Below, piece after piece: positions 63,561 through 64,000 of a DNA stretch of 64,000 nucleotides. The notes beneath the pieces are model-generated. The model was not told where the DNA came from. It was given only the letters and a program-made list of their open reading frames with translations, and ran no database searches. Within the stretch, counting starts at the first letter, position 1; the number at the start of each line of letters is the position of its first letter. This DNA is from Callorhinchus milii (taxonomy: Eukaryota). Where the stretch lies: the NCBI RefSeq assembly GCF_018977255.1, contig NW_024704743.1:85252001-85316000 (forward strand). The letters run 5' to 3'. The position numbers were made by a program, and so were the translations under genes.

Positions 63561-64000
63561 GTAAGTCTTCTTTGGCAGCTCTGGTTCAAGTTCCATTACT
63601 CATTCCAGGAATTATTTTGAATTGATTCTTAGTATCATAAAACCTTATAATTTAAGTGCATAACTAGTCTAGTTACCAGGAAAAAAATTCAATCCTACTT
63701 ATGCTGTAGCTAACCCTAATCAAAAGTACATTTTGATTTGAATGAATCACCTGTTGAGTTTTATAAACTAAGAAACTGCTGTACTTTTTCTTTCTCTGTG
63801 TTTTTGGCCACTTTTCCCTTCCTTCTCCAACTCCCTCCTCAACGACCCAGCCTTGGAGTTCAAGTCAGTCTGTTAAGTACTTTGAAGAAATTATTATAAT
63901 AATGGATAAGATTTAAGACATGTTTTGCATGTAGAAATCCACCCCAAAATGTGCTGTAAATATCAAGTTAAAAATAAGCTTGTGTTTTAGAAATAAAAAT

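Noticed and set aside
63561..63620. C-terminal VSLLWQLWFKF... of ORF 62823-63620
   Set aside because: Read-through into the intron after the GTAAGT donor.

Overview
Vertebrate genomic DNA, most likely from a cartilaginous fish; the dominant tRNA-Ala SINE and the CR1/L2/Tx1 LINEs resemble those I recall from chimaeras such as Callorhinchus. It is AT-rich and repeat-dense. Two protein-coding exons are recognisable, both on the + strand. One is the terminal exon of CTDP1/FCP1 (18577-18712, then a 3' UTR and poly(A) signal at ~19445). The other is the first coding exon of a silent Kv6 potassium-channel subunit (62823-63560), called KCNG2 from the conserved CTDP1-KCNG2 gene order. Bases 1-18576 appear to be the last CTDP1 intron. 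The rest is intergenic or KCNG2 5' region, with a CpG-richer, microsatellite-flanked candidate promoter at ~47.3-50.2 kb. Repeats include decayed L2, CR1, Tx1 and a CCHC-ended (RTEX-like) LINE, three SINE families, small DNA-transposon MITEs and tandem repeats. Nearly all other ORFs in the track are repeat-derived or spurious. I see no prokaryote-type system (no CRISPR, operon or phage) and no clearly novel protein. The best leads are non-coding: an intronic promoter-like island in CTDP1, an inverted duplication around a candidate KCNG2 first exon, an in-frame uORF before KCNG2, an 80-bp hairpin, and visible SINE-LINE tail sharing. Repeat family names come from recalled consensus sequences, not a database search, and repeat boundaries are approximate.
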